From: a virus | Taxonomy: Duplodnaviria > Caudoviricetes | DNA length: 35,591 bases | Direction: 5' to 3' (one strand) | IMG/VR virus record: IMGVR_UViG_3300025528_000019 | Span: 1-35,591 of that record | Part shown: positions 31,437-35,591 of the stretch, piece by piece | Layout: each line of letters starts with the position of its first letter | How positions within the stretch are numbered: the first letter of the stretch is position 1 | Program-made: the position numbers and the translations under genes | The notes under the pieces: model-generated | Seen by the model: only the letters and a program-made list of their open reading frames with translations | Database searches by the model: none | What the model was told of the DNA's origin: nothing

Positions 31437-34274
31437 ATGCAACTAACCCACAGCGGGCCAACCCGGCCCGTCCTGAACAACTACCACCAGACTGGCCGCT
31501 GGCTGGCCAGCCTGGGCGCCACGGTGACCTGTATTGGGGCCGGCGACAAGCGGCCCATCCACAAGTGGAAGCACTACTACGAGGGCCACCCCCAGGACGT
31601 GGACCAGCTCCCCTGGCGTGGGTACACCAGCCAGGATGGCCGGCTGGTCCAGTGTGGTGGTGTGGGGATTTGCAGCGGCCTGGGTGGCTGGCGGGCCTTT
31701 GACCTGGATAGCTGTGACACCACTGACCCGGTCCTGGCTATCCTCGAGGCCCTGGGCCTGGACGCCAACTACCCGTGGGTGGTCCGGTCCGGGTCGGGCC
31801 GGGGGTGGACCATCTGGATCCTCTGTGATGAGGACCTGCCGGCGGGGGCCCTGCCACTGCCGCCCGGGAAGGATGACAAGGCTACCTACTGGGGGTCCCC
31901 CAGGGTGGCCGGGGACTTTGACCACCTTGAGCTCCGGTGGTCCGGCTGTCAGACGCTGGTCCCGCCATCCACCCATCCCACCGGACCAGGCTACCGCTGG
32001 TGGCTGGGGGACCGGCCCTCGAACCCACCGGCCCGGGTGAAGGCCCACCAGGTCCTGGCCGCGTTCTTCGCAGTGGCCGCCCCGGTCCTGCCGAAGGTCC
32101 AGGGCCGTCCCCAGCGTGAGAGACGCACTAGCTCCGAAGGACAGGTCCAGGCCCAGACCCGGCTCGAGCGGTCCAGCGCGGTGGACGCCATCCGGGACCG
32201 GCTGGACATCCTCGAGCTGGCCCAGGACCAGTGGTCAGGCCAGGTGGTCCGGGAGCGGGACGGCCAGTATAGGGTCCTGGGGCACGGCGGGGTCCTGGTG
32301 GACGTGGACAAGGGGGTGTGGTATCAGTTCAGCGGGGAACTGGGTGGGGATGTGCTGGACCTGCTGGGCCTCATCATGTTCGGGTCCTGGGACCCGGCCA
32401 CGGACCGCACGGACCGGGTCAAGTGGCCGGCGGTTCTGCACAGGGCCAGCCAGCTGACCGGGGTTCCGCTCGAGGAAAGCCGAACCCCCCGGGGCGCCTT
32501 CCCAGGGGGTTCGTCGGGGGACGGTCCGAACCGGGGGGCCGGGGTGGGGAAGGACCCGTCCGGTTCACCTGATGCGTACAATACCACGCCCGGACAAAAT
32601 CTGTCAAGCGGCGGTGTGGACAATTCCGGTGGCCCGGTGGTGGATAAGTCTCTGGAACCGGACCAGGCCCTGGCCTACATCAGCCGCGCTGAAGTGGGTG
32701 ACGCCGAGGCCATCCATCACCTGGTGGGGGACAGTGTGGCCTGGGACCCGGTGGTGGGGGCCTGGTATATCTGGGACGGCCACCGCTGGGAGCGGGATAC
32801 GGCAGGGACCATCCCCCAAATTGTCTACCTGAAGCTGGTCCCGGCCTACGCGGACGTGGTCCGGCGCCTGGCCGATGAATACGCCCAGCTGGTGGCCCAG
32901 GGGAGGGGCGTAGACCGGGACCGGCTAAAGGCGGTACAGGACGCCCAAAAGGCCATCCAGGACCGCATAGGCCGGCTGCTGACAGCAAAGCGAATTGACA
33001 ATACGCTGAAGCTCCTGAAGGCCATGACCGGGGTCCCCGCTGGCCGGTGGGACGCCCACCCCTACCTGCTGGCGGTGGCCAATGGGGTGGTAGACCTACG
33101 GACCGGGGCCCTGCTTCCGCCGGACCCCACCCTGTACCTGCGGACCACCAGCCCGGTCCGCTGGGACGGCCTGGACGCCCAGGCCCCCCGGTGGGAGCGT
33201 TTCCTGGATGAAATCTTCCAGGATAAGGACCCCACGGACCGGGCTGCTATCATCGGCTACCTTCAGCGCCTCCTGGGCTACAGCCTGACAGGGGACACGT
33301 CGGACCACCACTTCTCCGTCTGGTGGGGGGCCGCCGGCCGCAATGGCAAGGGGACCATCTTGACAGTCATGGGCTGGGTCCTGGGCCCCCTGGCTGGCAA
33401 GGTGGAAAAGGATGTGCTGGTGCGGCGCCACAACGCAGCCAGCGGCGCCGCCAGCCCCCACCTGTTTGACCTGAAGGGTAAGCGGTTTGCGTTTGTGGAT
33501 GAGCTGTCGGACGGGGAGAAGTTGAACGTGGGCCAGGTCCAGGAGCTGACTGGTGGGGGTGTCCTGAAGGCCCGCCCCCTGTATGGCCAGCCGGACGAAT
33601 GGACCATGACCCACCACCTGGTCCTGTCCACGAACCATCGGCCCCACGTCGCGGCAGAGGAAGAGGCATTCTGGCAGCGGGCCAGCCTGGTCCAATTCGG
33701 GATGCGCTTCTTAAAGAACCCCGACCCGAATGACCCCTGTCAGCGGCCGCAGGACCCCAACCTGCTGGATGCCCTACGGGCCGAGCTGCCAGGTATCCTG
33801 GCCTGGCTGGTCCGGGGCTGCCTGCTGTGGCAGCAAGAGGGGCGCCGCATCCGGGTCCCCGAGTGTATCCAGGCCTACACGGCCAGCTACCGTGAGGATG
33901 AGGACACCCTCGGGAACTTCCTGGCCGATGAATGTGTCCTTGACCGGCGGTTTGCGGTCAAGGCCAAGGAGCTGTACCAGGCCTATGTGGACTGGGCCGG
34001 GACCCAGGGCATCAGGCGGCCCCTGGCAGCATCCGAGTTTGGGATGCAGATGAAAATGCGGCCAGGGATTGACTACCACCGGACGGGGTCCGGCAGGGTG
34101 TATGTGGGGTTGGCGCTCCGGGGCAACACCCCCGGGACGGTCCGGGGTGAGGATGCCCCGGTGGCCGCCCCGGCGGCCGCCCCGGCGGCCACCAACGGGT
34201 CCACGGACGCCAAGGGCCTGGTGGAACGTCTCAAATCCCGAAAGGTTAGCCACGCCGACCTGCTCGAGCTGTAG
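31437..34274 (+). CDS. Bifunctional primase-polymerase fused to a P4/D5-family SF3 helicase
   Basis: N-terminal Prim-Pol (DKRP..KW, GVGICSG, FDLD, RSGSGRG, LVPPSTHPTG.GYRW); D5_N (WYIWDGHRW, VANGVVDLRTG); Walker A GAAGRNGKGT, Walker B FVDE, TGGGVLKARPLY, STNHRP; C-terminal winged helix. Confidence 0.92.
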   Translation: MQLTHSGPTRPVLNNYHQTGRWLASLGATVTCIGAGDKRPIHKWKHYYEGHPQDVDQLPWRGYTSQDGRLVQCGGVGICSGLGGWRAFDLDSCDTTDPVLAILEALGLDANYPWVVRSGSGRGWTIWILCDEDLPAGALPLPPGKDDKATYWGSPRVAGDFDHLELRWSGCQTLVPPSTHPTGPGYRWWLGDRPSNPPARVKAHQVLAAFFAVAAPVLPKVQGRPQRERRTSSEGQVQAQTRLERSSAVDAIRDRLDILELAQDQWSGQVVRERDGQYRVLGHGGVLVDVDKGVWYQFSGELGGDVLDLLGLIMFGSWDPATDRTDRVKWPAVLHRASQLTGVPLEESRTPRGAFPGGSSGDGPNRGAGVGKDPSGSPDAYNTTPGQNLSSGGVDNSGGPVVDKSLEPDQALAYISRAEVGDAEAIHHLVGDSVAWDPVVGAWYIWDGHRWERDTAGTIPQIVYLKLVPAYADVVRRLADEYAQLVAQGRGVDRDRLKAVQDAQKAIQDRIGRLLTAKRIDNTLKLLKAMTGVPAGRWDAHPYLLAVANGVVDLRTGALLPPDPTLYLRTTSPVRWDGLDAQAPRWERFLDEIFQDKDPTDRAAIIGYLQRLLGYSLTGDTSDHHFSVWWGAAGRNGKGTILTVMGWVLGPLAGKVEKDVLVRRHNAASGAASPHLFDLKGKRFAFVDELSDGEKLNVGQVQELTGGGVLKARPLYGQPDEWTMTHHLVLSTNHRPHVAAEEEAFWQRASLVQFGMRFLKNPDPNDPCQRPQDPNLLDALRAELPGILAWLVRGCLLWQQEGRRIRVPECIQAYTASYREDEDTLGNFLADECVLDRRFAVKAKELYQAYVDWAGTQGIRRPLAASEFGMQMKMRPGIDYHRTGSGRVYVGLALRGNTPGTVRGEDAPVAAPAAAPAATNGSTDAKGLVERLKSRKVSHADLLEL

Positions 34275-34286
34275 GCCACGGCGGCC

Positions 34287-34319
34287 GGCCCGGGTGGGGG
34301 CGCCTTCCCCACCCGGGCC
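34287..34319 (+). terminator. Hairpin after the primase-helicase gene
   Basis: GGCCCGGGTGGGG/CCCCACCCGGGCC stem; no U-tract. Confidence 0.4.
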
Positions 34320-34339
34320 CACCATAGCAAGGGAAGGAC

Positions 34340-35341
34340 ATGACAGCACAACAACGGGGGACGGTTACCCAGCTGGCCCGCCAGCTGGCCGGCCAGCAGC
34401 TGGGGTGGGGGGAAGTCCAGCGCCTGGCCGACGAACACGGGGTCCTGGCCCACAGCCTGAGGGCGGCCATCAGCCGAGCCAGGGCAGAGGCCCTAGCCCG
34501 GGGGTGGGACATCCTCGAGGGCGGCCAGGCTGACCCGGGCGGACCGGGGGGTGGGGACCCCCTGGACCCCCCAGCGGCCCTGGCCCCGGCGATGGACCAG
34601 CCACTGGACCTGGACCTGGCCTGCTGGGCCTACGCCAGCGATTTCCACAGCCCACACCACAATGTCGCCTGGACCAAGCGGCTGGCCTACACGCTGGACC
34701 AGCGGGGGGTGGATACCCTGGTCATCGGCGGGGACTTCTTCGACTTTGCGGTCCCCAGCCGCCACCCCAGGACGGTACCGGCGGTCCCCCTCGAGGACGG
34801 GCTGGCCGTCGCGGGGAAGCTGCTCCGCTGGCTGGCGGCCCTGGTGGATCGGGTGGTTATTATCCCGGGGAACCACTGTCTTAGGATAACAGCGGCCCTG
34901 GGGGAGCCTGTGGAGTTCCGCCGAGTGGTGGGTATGGCCCTGTGCGATGACTGGCCCAGGGACAGCCTGGGACGGTCCAAGCTGACTATCACCAGCCTGG
35001 ACTATGTCCACATCACCAGTGGTGGCCAGCCCTGGACCGTAGGCCACCCCCGGTGGTTTTCGGCCCAGCCGGGGAAGGGGGTCAGCCAGGTGGCCACCCT
35101 CAAACAGCGGCACATCATCGGCGCCCATAACCACATTGTAGGGATGGTCCGGTCAGCCTGTGGCCGCTACTGGGCCATAGACCCGGGCCATATGACGGAC
35201 CCAAGCCTACACGCCTACCACCGCCAGTCCGATGGGCTGTCCAAATACCCGGCCTGGTCTAACGGGTTCGTGGTGGTGGAGGATGGCCGCCCTACGCTGT
35301 ATGCGGACGGCCTGGTGGACTGGCCGGACCGGCTGCGCTAA
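34340..35341 (+). CDS. Calcineurin-like metallophosphoesterase with an N-terminal HTH-like region
   Basis: SDFH, GGDFFD, PGNH, VGHP, GAHNH motifs. Confidence 0.85.
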   Translation: MTAQQRGTVTQLARQLAGQQLGWGEVQRLADEHGVLAHSLRAAISRARAEALARGWDILEGGQADPGGPGGGDPLDPPAALAPAMDQPLDLDLACWAYASDFHSPHHNVAWTKRLAYTLDQRGVDTLVIGGDFFDFAVPSRHPRTVPAVPLEDGLAVAGKLLRWLAALVDRVVIIPGNHCLRITAALGEPVEFRRVVGMALCDDWPRDSLGRSKLTITSLDYVHITSGGQPWTVGHPRWFSAQPGKGVSQVATLKQRHIIGAHNHIVGMVRSACGRYWAIDPGHMTDPSLHAYHRQSDGLSKYPAWSNGFVVVEDGRPTLYADGLVDWPDRLR

Positions 35342-35356
35342 CTGACTGACGGGGAT

Positions 35357-35543
35357 GGGCGGCGGTGGAGGGTGTGGGCGCCGTGGGTGGCGAGATAGCA
35401 ACGCCCCGGCCGGGGAGGGCCGGGGCGCGTGAATGAGTGAGGGCCGGGGAGACACTCCCCGGCCCTGGTGGTGCGGGTGGTTATTGCACCACCTCGCGGA
35501 GCAGCTCGCGGGCGGCGGTGGAGGGTGTGGGCGCCATGGGTGG
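35357..35543. repeat. 34-bp direct repeat pair enclosing two GC hairpins
   Basis: GGGCGGCGGTGGAGGGTGTGGGCGCCRTGGGTGG at 35357 and 35510; hairpins at about 35402-35428 and 35440-35466. Confidence 0.75.
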
Positions 35544-35591
35544 GGCGGGATTAGTCCGCTGTGGAGCGGGTCGCTCCGTCAGCGTGTTAGT

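Noticed and set aside
1-35591. tRNA, rRNA, integrase or attP
   Set aside because: Nothing recognisable by eye; tRNAscan-SE and HMM searches would be needed to exclude them formally.

Overview
This is a GC-rich, siphovirus-like tailed phage, very probably a complete circular 35,591-bp genome: the minus-strand gene running off base 1 is closed by GAC-TAA from the window end. The minus-strand virion block (13867-29581) holds terS, terL, portal, minor head protein, scaffold, capsid, connectors, tail tube, chaperones, tape measure, Dit, minor tail proteins, fibres and a holin, followed by an amidase endolysin. A Prim-Pol/D5-helicase replicase and a metallophosphoesterase lie at 31437-35341. Bases 1-12300 are a mosaic early/accessory region with two DNA methyltransferases, a PAPS-reductase-like protein, a SLOG protein, a VRR-NUC nuclease and a DnaA domain-IV-like HTH protein. 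I found no integrase, tRNA or CRISPR array. Main unusual signals: (1) a membrane-anchored FtsK/TraB-like ATPase with a C-terminal HTH, two membrane partners and three short-repeat arrays (two phased at about 11 bp), resembling the Streptomyces TraB/clt/Spd DNA-transfer system but carried by a phage; (2) two ~350-bp iteron-rich, origin-like elements in inverted orientation bracketing the virion block; (3) a core saturated with GGNCC, CCWGG, CAGCTG and CTCGAG palindromes, with several islands lacking them; (4) two promoter classes, one a new TGCAR-N6-CTRTAGG motif. A filamentous Chloroflexota host is only a weak inference. All counts are by hand and all family calls come from motif recognition, not database searches.
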